Origin: Clostridioides phage LIBA2945
Reading direction: 5' to 3' (one strand)
Sequence record: MF547663.1
DNA length: 64,000 bases
In this document: positions 30,062 through 40,613 of the stretch, piece after piece
Position numbering within the stretch: position 1 is the stretch's first letter
Layout of the letters: the number at the start of each line of letters is the position of its first letter
Notes under the pieces: model-generated
Told to the model about the DNA's origin: nothing
The model's input: only the letters and a program-made list of their open reading frames with translations
Databases searched by the model: none
Program-made: the position numbers and the translations under genes

Positions 30062-30424
30062 CTATTCTTCTAAAATCATCAAATTATCTATGTAATTCTC
30101 AAAATCAATACTTTCACTACTTAATTTTTCCCCACATAAGAAACAATATTTAAATGGTATTCCTCCTGCAAATCTATCCACATTTAACTTTATATTTTGA
30201 TTTGAATCTTTGACAATTAGATTGTGTTCTACTGATAAATTTATATTCCCTTCTTTAAATTTATAAAAACTAATATCAAAATACTCTTCCTGGTCTAAAA
30301 GTTCTGTACTCTCATAAGTAGTATCTTTTCCTTTGATTCCTACAGAAGAAATTCTTACTCTTCTAGTTTCATGTTTTTTCATATCTTTTATACTGTCACA
30401 AAATTTACACATATTTACCTCCAA
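30062..30424 (-). CDS. hypothetical zinc-ribbon protein
   Basis: CKFCDS..CFLCGEKL cysteine pairs. Confidence 0.3.
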   Translation of the reverse strand: MEVNMCKFCDSIKDMKKHETRRVRISSVGIKGKDTTYESTELLDQEEYFDISFYKFKEGNINLSVEHNLIVKDSNQNIKLNVDRFAGGIPFKYCFLCGEKLSSESIDFENYIDNLMILEE

Positions 30425-30542
30425 CTAATAATTATATCACCCTTTTACTTATATTCATTTTAGCATATTCCAAAACTTTTATTATAAAACTAGCACTAAA
30501 TTTTCTATTGATATTAAATCCTGTATTTTAACTTGTTATTTG

Positions 30543-30824
30543 TTATCCCTTTATTAAATCCTGTACGTCTACAGCCACCGAACCTTTTCTTTCGAGTTTT
30601 ATAAAATTTTCCATTAGTATTTCAGGAAGTATATTCTCCCCATACTCTTCTTTTATTTTATCTTTTATTAAATTTATAATATATTCCTCCATTTCTTTAT
30701 CTGTCATATTAAGATATTTATCCAGGTCATAAATGACGAGTTGTTCTATATCTCTTCGATAATGGCATAGTATATCTTTTAAAAATATTTTTTTTATTAT
30801 CTTAATTCTTTTTTCATAAATCAA
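30543..30824 (-). CDS. hypothetical protein
   Basis: co-oriented ORF. Confidence 0.25.
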   Translation of the reverse strand: MIYEKRIKIIKKIFLKDILCHYRRDIEQLVIYDLDKYLNMTDKEMEEYIINLIKDKIKEEYGENILPEILMENFIKLERKGSVAVDVQDLIKG

Positions 30825-30984
30825 TAATTCTAAATTAAAATATGTTCTTTTTTCTTTGATTCTTATTTCATATTCAAAAATTCTTTCTAATGGTTTTATT
30901 GATTCGTTATTTTTTATATATTTTGACTTTATTAATTTCTTAAAAGAGTTAATTATATTTGCTCATCTCCTTCCATTTTAAGTT

Positions 30985-31431
30985 TTATATTCCATACATA
31001 TTAAAACTAAATTCTACCCCTTCATCATCCTCAAATTCTTCATTGAAGACTTCTTCTACTGTTTTATCCTTAGAGATAACTATATGTAAATAACCTCGTT
31101 TACTAATAAAAGAAGTTTGATAAAGATTATCTAAACCCAAGAAATCCCCTTCTTGTTTATAAGGTACATATATATCCTCCACACTTCCGTCTTCGTATTC
31201 TATCTTTACATTTGTAATATCCTTATAATCATGCAATCTTTGAATTTCATCAACACGTTTATGTATTTGTATATGTAAATAATCTGCCTGTTTGCATTTA
31301 CCTATATAACTCAAAGTAAATCCTCCAATAATTTCATGTATATTATCTAAATAAAAACCTCCTACATCTCCAATACCCAACTCTACATTCTCTAAGTTAT
31401 CTAATCCTAAAATTATTTTCTTTATTTTCAT
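30985..31431 (-). CDS. hypothetical protein
   Basis: co-oriented ORF. Confidence 0.3.
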   Translation of the reverse strand: MKIKKIILGLDNLENVELGIGDVGGFYLDNIHEIIGGFTLSYIGKCKQADYLHIQIHKRVDEIQRLHDYKDITNVKIEYEDGSVEDIYVPYKQEGDFLGLDNLYQTSFISKRGYLHIVISKDKTVEEVFNEEFEDDEGVEFSFNMYGI

Positions 31432-31628
31432 AACTCATTCCTCCATTAATTAAACTCTTAAAAATTATTGATGACGTCACACTTAGAGCATTTCCATCGT
31501 TTCTTTAATTTATAATTATCAAAATAAGAATTAAAATATCCTACAAATTCTTGAAATTCTATCCTTTCACATTGATAACACCATACTTTTACTACATCAC
31601 CTTTAGAATACATTTATTGTCTTTCTCC

Positions 31629-32009
31629 TTAATATAATCTCAATCTTTTAATTGTAGATGGTATTTCATCCTCATTAAATATTCCTAAGTTAACACATGT
31701 TATGCTATTTTTAGGAATTTCTGTTAATCCTCTATCCACTATAGTTAAATAACCTTTTTCTTTAAATTTTAATAATTGTGCCTCTTTAGCTTTCAATATA
31801 CATATTGTATCCCCATTATTCTTAAATGACGTTAAATCACATTTTAAATCTATTAATTCATGTGCTATTGTTTCTGTTTCATAAGAGCAAGAAACAGTGT
31901 CTAAAATTTTGTCATACAAATAATCATAAACTGCATGTGCAACTTGTGCTCCAACTTTGCCTGGACTCATATTTAAGTCTGAATTAATTGCTATGTACAT
32001 TTTTTTCAT
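31629..32009 (-). CDS. peptidyl-tRNA hydrolase, PTH2 family
   Basis: KMYIAINSDLNMSPGKVGAQVAHA matches the PTH2 signature (..DL.MG.GK.AAQ..HA). Confidence 0.7.
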   Translation of the reverse strand: MKKMYIAINSDLNMSPGKVGAQVAHAVYDYLYDKILDTVSCSYETETIAHELIDLKCDLTSFKNNGDTICILKAKEAQLLKFKEKGYLTIVDRGLTEIPKNSITCVNLGIFNEDEIPSTIKRLRLY

Positions 32010-32044
32010 TATTATAAACCTCCAAATAAATTAAAATTATTATC

Positions 32045-32521
32045 TTAATACCAATACATAATAATTAAACTATGTTTTTCAAAATCAATTATGTTTAACA
32101 TTTTTTGAAATTCTTTTAATACTAAATCCCAAAACTCCTGTGTATACCTATCATCAACTGTTACTTTTTTATCATTTTTATAATAATACTCTTTATCCTT
32201 ATTGTATATCTTAGAATTTATATCTTTTTGTTTAAGAAAAGGAATTATATAATCTTCCAAATCTTCCTTTGTAATAAGTATGGCTTCATCTTCATAACTT
32301 TCATAACCTTTTTCCCATTTGGCTTTATATATCATACGAATAACTGACCAATCTTCTAAAGATATATCAATATCTAATAATTCTTCAAACTTATAAAACT
32401 CTTCTTCATCATTATTCAATTCCTTATATTTCTCACCTCTTGTTTTATTTAAATAAGTATCTAAATCTGTAACTTTTGTTTTTACTGAATAAAAACCTAA
32501 ATCTAATCCCATATGTATCAC
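32045..32521 (-). CDS. hypothetical protein
   Basis: co-oriented ORF. Confidence 0.3.
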   Translation of the reverse strand: MIHMGLDLGFYSVKTKVTDLDTYLNKTRGEKYKELNNDEEEFYKFEELLDIDISLEDWSVIRMIYKAKWEKGYESYEDEAILITKEDLEDYIIPFLKQKDINSKIYNKDKEYYYKNDKKVTVDDRYTQEFWDLVLKEFQKMLNIIDFEKHSLIIMYWY

Positions 32522-32637
32522 CTCGCTAATTAAAACTGTTTTAATTAGATTCTAAATTCACTTTTTCTTTTATGATGTTTAATAAAGGTTTATAATTATC
32601 AATACCTATTGCTCTCATTACTCCATTATCTACATGT

Positions 32638-32982
32638 TTAATATATTTCATTAAATACCTCACTTATTATTTTTAATTCATCACAATCATGCTCATTTTC
32701 TAATTTATTTTTTATAAATTCTGCTACCTCCTCTTCTTTTAACTTTTCTATATCTTCTTGATGATTTAAGATAACCTTCATAATAGATGACAAAGACATC
32801 CCATAATCATACATCGACTCATCTCTTATAATATCCTTCTTTTTATTCTTATATATTATCATTAAGTCTGTTGTATAGCAGCTGCCATAGTCACACGTTT
32901 CACATCCACTCGAATATTCTTGCTCTGTTGTTATGTCTATTATTGCTCCATTCGTTAACTGTATTAATACCTTATCATCCAT
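32638..32982 (-). CDS. hypothetical protein
   Basis: co-oriented ORF. Confidence 0.3.
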   Translation of the reverse strand: MDDKVLIQLTNGAIIDITTEQEYSSGCETCDYGSCYTTDLMIIYKNKKKDIIRDESMYDYGMSLSSIMKVILNHQEDIEKLKEEEVAEFIKNKLENEHDCDELKIISEVFNEIY

Positions 32983-33082
32983 ATTTATTAATTCTCCTTT
33001 TTAATTTTATTTATTTAAAACTGTTATTTTATTTAAATTTCATTTGACTGTAAATACTCAAGATTTATAATATCTAATGATT

Positions 33083-33367
33083 TTAATATTCAACTTTATA
33101 CTCACCAGATATTTCAATACCTTCATTTTTTAAAATAATATTTCCATCTACAAAAACTGTTATTGTAACATTTTCTAATTCTACTTCCCCACTGCTTAAT
33201 TTACCTTCAATAGAAACACAATACGTTCCCTCTTTAAGTATCTTAAAAACTTTTTTAAGTATTTCTCTTTTATCCTCATTTTCTAGAATTAAGTTAAATT
33301 TAACATTATGTTTCTTAGATGGATAAATTATAAGATTAATTCTATCTTCTATTTTATATTCAGTCAT
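33083..33367 (-). CDS. hypothetical protein
   Basis: co-oriented ORF. Confidence 0.25.
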   Translation of the reverse strand: MTEYKIEDRINLIIYPSKKHNVKFNLILENEDKREILKKVFKILKEGTYCVSIEGKLSSGEVELENVTITVFVDGNIILKNEGIEISGEYKVEY

Positions 33368-33401
33368 TCAAACCTCCTTTTGATATAACACTATAGCTAT
33401 T

Positions 33402-33770
33402 TTATTCATTTATAATATTTAATTTGGATAGATTTATTTTATATTTATCTAAATAAGAATTTCCTTTGACCACATCAACTGCTTCATACCATAAATAATC
33501 TATATCTTCTTCAGATATTTTTAATTGTTCAATAGACTCTTCTTTCATTCTATCCATCCAGTTCTTAGCTTCTTTTTCTGTACAAACCCTATGCATATAC
33601 ACATGTATAAATTCGCCTTTACAAATTAATTCTTCTGCGATGTAATATAACCTTACTTCTTTATCATCTAAATCTTGTTTATTTTCTGATTCTTCCAAAG
33701 CTGATATTAGTCTTTCTGCTGCTTTCTCATCTTTTATATCTATATTTTTTAATATAGTTTTTGTAGACAT
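33402..33770 (-). CDS. hypothetical protein
   Basis: co-oriented ORF. Confidence 0.3.
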   Translation of the reverse strand: MSTKTILKNIDIKDEKAAERLISALEESENKQDLDDKEVRLYYIAEELICKGEFIHVYMHRVCTEKEAKNWMDRMKEESIEQLKISEEDIDYLWYEAVDVVKGNSYLDKYKINLSKLNIINE

Positions 33771-33790
33771 GGTTTCTCTCCTTATTATAT

Positions 33791-34327
33791 TTATTTTTTA
33801 ATCCAACCTTCTGGATAATCATTTCTTAAAACTCTTAACCCTAATACTTGTTGAGCTTGATGTATAGCATTTTGAAAATCTCTTAACTCAGAAGGATGCT
33901 GTCTTTTTAATTTGCAAAATCCATTCCATGCATTTATCAAATTGTCCATAACCACTCCTTCTTCATAATTTAATCCATCAAGTCTTTTTCCTTCTCTATT
34001 ACCATTCATTGTTATTGTAATCCCATTTAAATCTAAACTATTTTTATTTAAACTTTTTATGTAATGTATTATGGGTTTTACTACATCTTCAATATCTGCA
34101 TTTACCTTTCTAAGTAAACTATAATCACCACAATCATATTCAACATAAGCTAATTGGTTTGTATCACTATCAAAACCTAATGATAATTCTGTTTTACTAG
34201 CTATAGGTATTAAATCTCTTTTGCAATTAGGACATACTATTACATCTTCATTTAAGAAATAATAGTATTCTTGTAATGTTTCTTCTACATTGAAGTATTT
34301 ATTACAATTCTCACACCAAAACCTCAC
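33791..34327 (-). CDS. hypothetical zinc-ribbon protein
   Basis: CENCNKYF..CPNCKR cysteine pairs. Confidence 0.3.
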   Translation of the reverse strand: MRFWCENCNKYFNVEETLQEYYYFLNEDVIVCPNCKRDLIPIASKTELSLGFDSDTNQLAYVEYDCGDYSLLRKVNADIEDVVKPIIHYIKSLNKNSLDLNGITITMNGNREGKRLDGLNYEEGVVMDNLINAWNGFCKLKRQHPSELRDFQNAIHQAQQVLGLRVLRNDYPEGWIKK

Positions 34328-34346
34328 AGTATCACTCCTTTTATAT

Positions 34347-34742
34347 TTATAACATAGACTCTATTTTATTTATCTCTAATTCAACCTTCTTTTCATTAGA
34401 TAATAATTCCATTAATTTTATTTCCATCTCTTCAAGTTTACTTCTTTCCTCATTTATAGTTAATATATCTAATTTACTTTTTATATCATCTATCCAATCT
34501 TGTACATCATAACCACTCATTACAAGATTGAAGCCTAAATTTTTAGATGACATATTATAAGAATGTAACATAGATGCTAATAATATTAATTCATCTTTTT
34601 TTAGTACTTGTATATTAATTTTCTTATTATTCCAATTCAATATACAATTAGTTTTTGGTGTAAATTTTTTTATTGAATCTAACTTTTCTTTTTTTAATTT
34701 TATTTGTTCTTTTAAAGTTATTATTTTATTATCACTATTCAT
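34347..34742 (-). CDS. hypothetical coiled-coil protein
   Basis: co-oriented ORF. Confidence 0.3.
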   Translation of the reverse strand: MNSDNKIITLKEQIKLKKEKLDSIKKFTPKTNCILNWNNKKINIQVLKKDELILLASMLHSYNMSSKNLGFNLVMSGYDVQDWIDDIKSKLDILTINEERSKLEEMEIKLMELLSNEKKVELEINKIESML

Positions 34743-34745
34743 TAA

Positions 34746-35756
34746 TTATTTCCCCTCTCTATATAATCTTCCATTTAATAAATATGTGTTTAAATATTGT
34801 GGTCTTATTTTGTTATATAATTCTTCTAAATTGTTATATTTTTCTTCTCTATAACCATAAGTATAGAGTGTGCTACGTCCTTTTAAATATTTAATTCTAC
34901 CATCAGAATATATTCTTACTTTTTCTCTATTTGCATAAAATTCAATTCCCCAACATGTTTTATCATCTTTCATTTTTTCTTTAAATTCTTCTAATGAATA
35001 CTCTATATATTCATTTTTGGATTCATCTATTGGTGAATAAAAATAACTTCCTTCCATTTTATGAAATATATCAGCGTAATTTTCATGACAATCACTATCT
35101 ATAATACTTATTAACTTATTTAGTACACTTCTAAATTGTTCAAAATCATCCCTCTCAACATTATAAAACCAATGATATTTACCTGTACATTTTTTACCAT
35201 ACAAACTATAATAATCAAATTTCCCAATGTAAATAAAAGTTTGATTTTGTTTAGTTCTATATGTTGCCCCAATAATTAAATCTTTTGCTTTTATAATTTG
35301 TTTATTATGTAATATCTTATTAAATTCGGTGATTTCTTTATAATCTGGAGATGATATTGGTATTAGTATTAAATCCTTACCATCCCATCCATATACAAAT
35401 TCTCCCTCTAATCCTTTTCCTTTTATAGAGCTTGTATTTTCTAATATATATAATAAATTTTCTACTGTTATTTCAAATTCAAATCCTCTTGAATCATAAA
35501 TCCTAACATAAGTTTGTCTATGATTCCATCCTGTATTATAACCACCTATTTTTTTATTTAATACAAATCCTGACATTGGAGTATTTTTATATATTAAAGG
35601 TTCTATATTTTTATCTCTCCAAGAATTCCAAGATTGTTCTTTTCTCAATTTTCCATTTTCATCCTTATATATTACATAAGCAAGTTTACCTGTATAAGTC
35701 CCATTTCTATTTTGGAATCCTATAATTATTTCTTTAGGTATAAATATATTATTCAT
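34746..35756 (-). CDS. hypothetical protein (336 aa)
   Basis: long co-oriented ORF; no motif recognised. Confidence 0.35.
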   Translation of the reverse strand: MNNIFIPKEIIIGFQNRNGTYTGKLAYVIYKDENGKLRKEQSWNSWRDKNIEPLIYKNTPMSGFVLNKKIGGYNTGWNHRQTYVRIYDSRGFEFEITVENLLYILENTSSIKGKGLEGEFVYGWDGKDLILIPISSPDYKEITEFNKILHNKQIIKAKDLIIGATYRTKQNQTFIYIGKFDYYSLYGKKCTGKYHWFYNVERDDFEQFRSVLNKLISIIDSDCHENYADIFHKMEGSYFYSPIDESKNEYIEYSLEEFKEKMKDDKTCWGIEFYANREKVRIYSDGRIKYLKGRSTLYTYGYREEKYNNLEELYNKIRPQYLNTYLLNGRLYREGK

Positions 35757-35767
35757 AGCATCCCTTT

Positions 35768-35956
35768 CTATATAGAATTACTTAATAATCCTAGTTTTTC
35801 TAATATACTTATTCTCGCACTTTCAAGTTCGCATTCTTCACAATCTTTTCTTGAATTTCGCATTTCATCATAAGCGCATCCTCTCTTGCAAGGGTTTGAT
35901 GACAGATAAGCATCTATAGCTCTTATTTCGTTTTGATTTAGCTCTATTGTTTTCAT
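35768..35956 (-). CDS. hypothetical Cys-containing small protein
   Basis: co-oriented ORF. Confidence 0.25.
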   Translation of the reverse strand: MKTIELNQNEIRAIDAYLSSNPCKRGCAYDEMRNSRKDCEECELESARISILEKLGLLSNSI

Positions 35957-35977
35957 AAATCGCTCCTAAATACTTTT

Positions 35978-36580
35978 TTAATTCATACATTCTAACATTT
36001 CTTTTCTATATATACTGCTATAAACTATTTTCTTTGCTATTATCTCCATTTCTGATTTAGCTTGTTTTTCTTTATAAGAAAATGTATTAATATACTCACT
36101 AAGTACTTTTAAACTTTCATTCATAGTATCTAAAGTCTCTTTTAGTGTTTCTATTTCAGATGTCAATCCTTCTCTTTCAGCTAATAATTTGTCCTTTTCA
36201 GATGATATTTCATCCATTATATTAATATATTCTTTTTCGGTTTTGTCTAACTTTTTCAATAAATTTTCAATTATCATTAAGTCAGTTTCTCTATCAATTC
36301 CATATTCAACTCTATACAATGTTATTATTTTTGTATCTCTCAAATCTGTTATTAGTATGATATTGTCAACTAGCCTAAAATTTGTTTCAGTATATTTATC
36401 ATTAAATCTTCCTGTGTAAATCAATCTACTTTGTTCAAACATCTTATTTAAATCTTTTTGATATTGGTCTTTGTTTAAATTTAGATTCTGCTCTACACAA
36501 TTTTTCTCACACTCTTTAATTCTCTCTATATATCTTCTTAGTGCATGGTTAGTTACATTTATCATTTTATCTTCTCCCAA
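35978..36580 (-). CDS. hypothetical coiled-coil protein
   Basis: co-oriented ORF. Confidence 0.3.
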   Translation of the reverse strand: MGEDKMINVTNHALRRYIERIKECEKNCVEQNLNLNKDQYQKDLNKMFEQSRLIYTGRFNDKYTETNFRLVDNIILITDLRDTKIITLYRVEYGIDRETDLMIIENLLKKLDKTEKEYINIMDEISSEKDKLLAEREGLTSEIETLKETLDTMNESLKVLSEYINTFSYKEKQAKSEMEIIAKKIVYSSIYRKEMLECMN

Positions 36581-36762
36581 TCTACAAATTTATGAATATT
36601 AAAATTTAAATCTATATAATATAAATCATATTGTTCAATATTTTTATTTTTAAGTGTTAACGAAGCTCTCAAGCCTCCTAATGTCTTGAAACCAATTCTA
36701 TTACCATTACCTATATAAAAATCTTCCATATCTTTATTTTTCGCAAAATAAATCCTATTCAT
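36562..36762 (-). CDS. hypothetical protein
   Basis: co-oriented ORF with motif copy and RBS upstream. Confidence 0.3.
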   Translation of the reverse strand: MNRIYFAKNKDMEDFYIGNGNRIGFKTLGGLRASLTLKNKNIEQYDLYYIDLNFNIHKFVDWEKIK

Positions 36763-36780
36763 ACATTTATACCTCTATTA

Positions 36781-36806
36781 TTTTGTATTTTATTTAGTTT
36801 ATATCT
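36781..36806 (-). promoter_or_regulatory. conserved intergenic motif copy (a second copy at 36879..36905)
   Basis: coding strand ATATAAACTAAATAAAATACAAAATAAT; tandem second copy AATTATAAACTAAATAAAATACAAAA. Confidence 0.45.
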
Positions 36807-36948
36807 TTAACATATTGTATTTAGTTCCTCTTCCTTATTTATAATAATAACATAACTTTTCATTTATTTCAATAGTTATTTTGTATTTTATTTAGTTTAT
36901 AATTTTATTATTTATATTCGCATGATTAAATACTTTGTGTATATCTTT

Positions 36949-38232
36949 TTAATAATAAGAAACTTCTTTACCTTCCTCTCTAACTCTTAGAAAAACAGGA
37001 AATCTTAAGGATAGTTCACCTTTTTCATTGTTGGTTTCCTCGAAAAATTTTACTTCTATAACTCTTCCTAATATCTTATTTTGGTTAATAAAATAATACT
37101 TACGTTGTTCATCTGTAAATCCAGAGCCAACTCCTAATCTATATCCTTTATAATCACATATTATGTTGCCTAACAAATCCTTGTATTTACCATCACCTTC
37201 CTCTATATCAATACATCTTATATCACATGTATTAAACACCTTTACTTTAAGTAAACTTTTTACACGTTTACATTGATATGATTCATCAGATATATTAATC
37301 ATTACTCCCTCTTCATTATTGGATATCATTTCACTTAAATATTTATTAATCATTGTAATATCTCTACCTTGATATAATGGTTCTAAATATTCAATATATT
37401 TTAGTTCATTGATAAGTCTTTTAAATATCCTTTCAAGTTTGTTTTTTCTAATATAACATGGTGTTTTATCTTCTCCTGCATAAAAGTCATTTATATTTTG
37501 AACATAGTCATAACAAACCATTTTTAATCCTGTTTTAATACCTTTAACTCTACATCTTTTTAAAGTATCTTTAAATCGCTCTTTAGAATTTTTATAGATA
37601 CCTTCTGCAAGTAATTCACCATCATAAACTCCTACAGGCATTTTAATAAAATCTTTCTCTATATCAATTAAATTTTCTATTATCTGTCCTTGTCTGCTAA
37701 ATATTTTAATGGAGTTTTTATCTTTAACTACTATTATTCTTGTTCCATCCAATTTAGTTGTTAAAATAAATTCTTTATTACCAAGTTTATCTTTATTTTT
37801 ATCATAATTTTCTGCTAACATTACCCCAAATTCTCTTACAAGTCCTGGCATTATTTTATTTGCAGTTTTTGATGTCAAGCCTAATTTAATTGATTTTGTA
37901 GCTAATCCAATTATAAATTTTTTCAATTCTTCATTTTGATTTGCAAATACTTGTATAGTTTTAATGTCAGTGTCTCTTCCTGTGTTATTTTTAGATAGGT
38001 AATCAATCATATCATATACATTATTTAAATTACTATAATTAACACTATTTAATGACTTAGATATTTTCTTTTTAGATATTCCAGTTACAATATATGTATC
38101 TAAAAGAAATTGTAAACATTCAACAAACATTCTATTATTTTTATATTTTTCTAATATTCTCTCTTTTTCTTTTCTACTAGATGTAGCTGCTAAAATATCA
38201 AATATTTTTTTTATTTCTAAAAGCTCTTTCAT
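36949..38232 (-). CDS. ATP-dependent ligase of the KxDGxR nucleotidyltransferase family (DNA ligase-like; an RNA-ligase role is not excluded)
   Basis: motif I TTKLDGTRIIV; motif IV/V-like EGVMINISDESYQCKRVKSLLKVK. Confidence 0.6.
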   Translation of the reverse strand: MKELLEIKKIFDILAATSSRKEKERILEKYKNNRMFVECLQFLLDTYIVTGISKKKISKSLNSVNYSNLNNVYDMIDYLSKNNTGRDTDIKTIQVFANQNEELKKFIIGLATKSIKLGLTSKTANKIMPGLVREFGVMLAENYDKNKDKLGNKEFILTTKLDGTRIIVVKDKNSIKIFSRQGQIIENLIDIEKDFIKMPVGVYDGELLAEGIYKNSKERFKDTLKRCRVKGIKTGLKMVCYDYVQNINDFYAGEDKTPCYIRKNKLERIFKRLINELKYIEYLEPLYQGRDITMINKYLSEMISNNEEGVMINISDESYQCKRVKSLLKVKVFNTCDIRCIDIEEGDGKYKDLLGNIICDYKGYRLGVGSGFTDEQRKYYFINQNKILGRVIEVKFFEETNNEKGELSLRFPVFLRVREEGKEVSYY

Positions 38233-38286
38233 TAAAAACCTCCTTGTACCTACTAGGTAAAATCACATTAAAACTATTGTTTTAAC

Positions 38287-38511
38287 TTAATCTTCAACCT
38301 CATACCAATTCCAATCTATAAAATTTTCAAAAACATACTCCCATGCGATTTTATCTATATAATCCTCTCTCTCTTCATCAGACATATCTTTTAAATCATC
38401 ATCATCTATTTCAAACTCTAACTCGCAGTCTGAGCCAACTTTATTAGTTTTAACACATACATTTACTCTCATATTTAGCACCCTCCTATTTAAACTAAAC
38501 TTTTTCCCCAA
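38287..38511 (-). CDS. hypothetical acidic protein
   Basis: co-oriented ORF. Confidence 0.25.
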   Translation of the reverse strand: MGKKFSLNRRVLNMRVNVCVKTNKVGSDCELEFEIDDDDLKDMSDEEREDYIDKIAWEYVFENFIDWNWYEVED

Positions 38512-38833
38512 TCAAAACAGACTTTAACTCATTTTCTTTATCTTTAGAATAACAGTATCCATTATAATTATTTGCACATGTTAATAATTTACATTTTATT
38601 ATATACTCATTTATTATCTTACCATTATGATGTATAGACATTATTTCAGCTAGAGTTTCTCTACAATGTCTACATGCAAAATCATAAGTTTCTTGTTGAT
38701 TTATTTTTTTTAATCAAACAACAATCTTTATCTTTTAAAAATTTATGCCTAAATATACATCTTAAACTTTTAATAAAATATCACTCCTTATATATTTATT
38801 ATTCTTGTCATACTATTGTCATCATTGAAAACA

Positions 38834-39223
38834 CTAGTTTTCATTAACAACATCTTTTAGTTTAACTCTTTCTGTATCTGAAACAATAGACCATTTTGGC
38901 TTGTACCCAAATTCATCTACCCATTTAGAAAGTACTTCATTTACTCTATTATTTAATATATCTATGTGTTCTTTCTTTATATTAAGTATCCAACCGTCTC
39001 CAACTTCTCCATATTCATCATCTATTTCTTCTTGAACATTCCACAATATATTTTCTACATCTAAATCTGGAAGACCACCAACCTCTTCCTTTTTTCCAAC
39101 ATAAACATATTTCCCACATTTTTTCATTTTAGCTGCTTTAATCGCTTCTTTTTTACTTTCATACTCATCACTATTAAAATGTTCGTCATCCCAACTATAT
39201 AGCCATACATCTTTATTTTGCAT
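38834..39223 (-). CDS. hypothetical protein
   Basis: co-oriented ORF. Confidence 0.3.
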   Translation of the reverse strand: MQNKDVWLYSWDDEHFNSDEYESKKEAIKAAKMKKCGKYVYVGKKEEVGGLPDLDVENILWNVQEEIDDEYGEVGDGWILNIKKEHIDILNNRVNEVLSKWVDEFGYKPKWSIVSDTERVKLKDVVNEN

Positions 39224-39299
39224 TATCTCTCTCTCCTTTTATTTATTTTCTTATATCTCTCTTAAAGTAATTCTATATTTCCCATATTTAATCTCCCCC

Positions 39300-39626
39300 T
39301 TACATGACACCAATTGTGAATCTACAATCCACTATCATAAGAATCTCTCTCAATGTTTTGCCTATAAATGTATGGTCACTATCATAAATATTTCCTGAAA
39401 TATTTTCGCATTCAAATTTATATTCTAATAGAAACTCCCTCATTAATTCATTTGAATCTAAATCCTTTGGATTCGGAACTTCCAATTCATCCCATCCACA
39501 TGGATGAATATTACATGGTACATAAATAGTGCCTCCAAATTCCTCATGTGACAACTGGCAAATTTTTATAATAAAATCATCAGTAAGTTCATCTTTTTCA
39601 CAAATCTTTCTAAAGTTGAAATCCAT
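39300..39626 (-). CDS. hypothetical protein
   Basis: co-oriented ORF. Confidence 0.3.
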   Translation of the reverse strand: MDFNFRKICEKDELTDDFIIKICQLSHEEFGGTIYVPCNIHPCGWDELEVPNPKDLDSNELMREFLLEYKFECENISGNIYDSDHTFIGKTLREILMIVDCRFTIGVM

Positions 39627-39660
39627 TCAATAACCTCCTATTTTCTATAATTTGATTTAA

Positions 39661-40260
39661 CTACTCAAAAATCTCCACATATTTAAATGGTATATACTCA
39701 CATAACCAAACATTGTTTTCAGATAAGTAAAACTTATAACCATTTTCATACATTTTACCTGTATTAATTTTTAAAATTACAGGTGTACCATGTCTTTTAC
39801 CAACTTTAATAGCAGTATCTATATCCCTTGATAAATGTACATATAGTCTACTTTGTTTAATAATACCTTCATTTTTAATATTGTCTAAAAATCTAGTAGC
39901 TGTTCCATGATAAAGATATTCTGGTGGTTCTAATTCTTTCAATTCAACATCAATATTAATTGAATGTCCTTGATTTGCTCTAATCTTACTTCTATCCTCA
40001 TTAAAACTGTACCTTTGCTTATTATCTTCTTTAACTATTTGCTCAAGGATTTCTATATTAATATTTCTACCAGTATTATTTATTTTTTCAATCAATTCAT
40101 TAACATCTGCATATCCATAATCATCTAGTTTAATTCCAATAATTTCTGGTTTATGTCTTAATATTAAACTTATAAAAATAGATAACTTATCTTTTTTACT
40201 CATTGACTTCACCTCATCTTCTTTAGCTAATATTTCAGCACTATCTATACATCTCGCCAC
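39661..40260 (-). CDS. kptA: RNA 2'-phosphotransferase, Tpt1/KptA family
   Basis: LSIFISLILRHKPEIIGIKLDDYGYADVNEL; LYHGT; RLYVHLSRDIDTA; NNVWLCEYIPFKYV. Confidence 0.8.
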   Translation of the reverse strand: MARCIDSAEILAKEDEVKSMSKKDKLSIFISLILRHKPEIIGIKLDDYGYADVNELIEKINNTGRNINIEILEQIVKEDNKQRYSFNEDRSKIRANQGHSINIDVELKELEPPEYLYHGTATRFLDNIKNEGIIKQSRLYVHLSRDIDTAIKVGKRHGTPVILKINTGKMYENGYKFYLSENNVWLCEYIPFKYVEIFE

Positions 40261-40409
40261 AATTTTTACATTGATACATAGTACCTAATTGTGTATTAAG
40301 TTCATATATATATCCACCACAGTCACATTTTTTAATTCTTATTGGATTTTTCTTCATTTTTAATCACTCCTTTTCTATTAAAATCTTGATTTTAACTTCA
40401 TTATTCTTA

Positions 40410-40604
40410 TTAATATTTAATATATTTACCTTTGCATTCTACAATTAACCCTTCACTATTCCTATCGTTAATCCAACTTAATTTACATATCTTATTAACC
40501 TTAAAACATTTCTCTTCATTAGTTAAACATGTAGTACATTTGATTATCTTTCCTAGTGTTGGTAATGGTTCTCCCATTTTCACCCTAATTATCATTTCAT
40601 CCAT
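40410..40604 (-). CDS. hypothetical protein
   Basis: co-oriented ORF. Confidence 0.25.
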   Translation of the reverse strand: MDEMIIRVKMGEPLPTLGKIIKCTTCLTNEEKCFKVNKICKLSWINDRNSEGLIVECKGKYIKY

Positions 40605-40613
40605 TTTCTTCTC

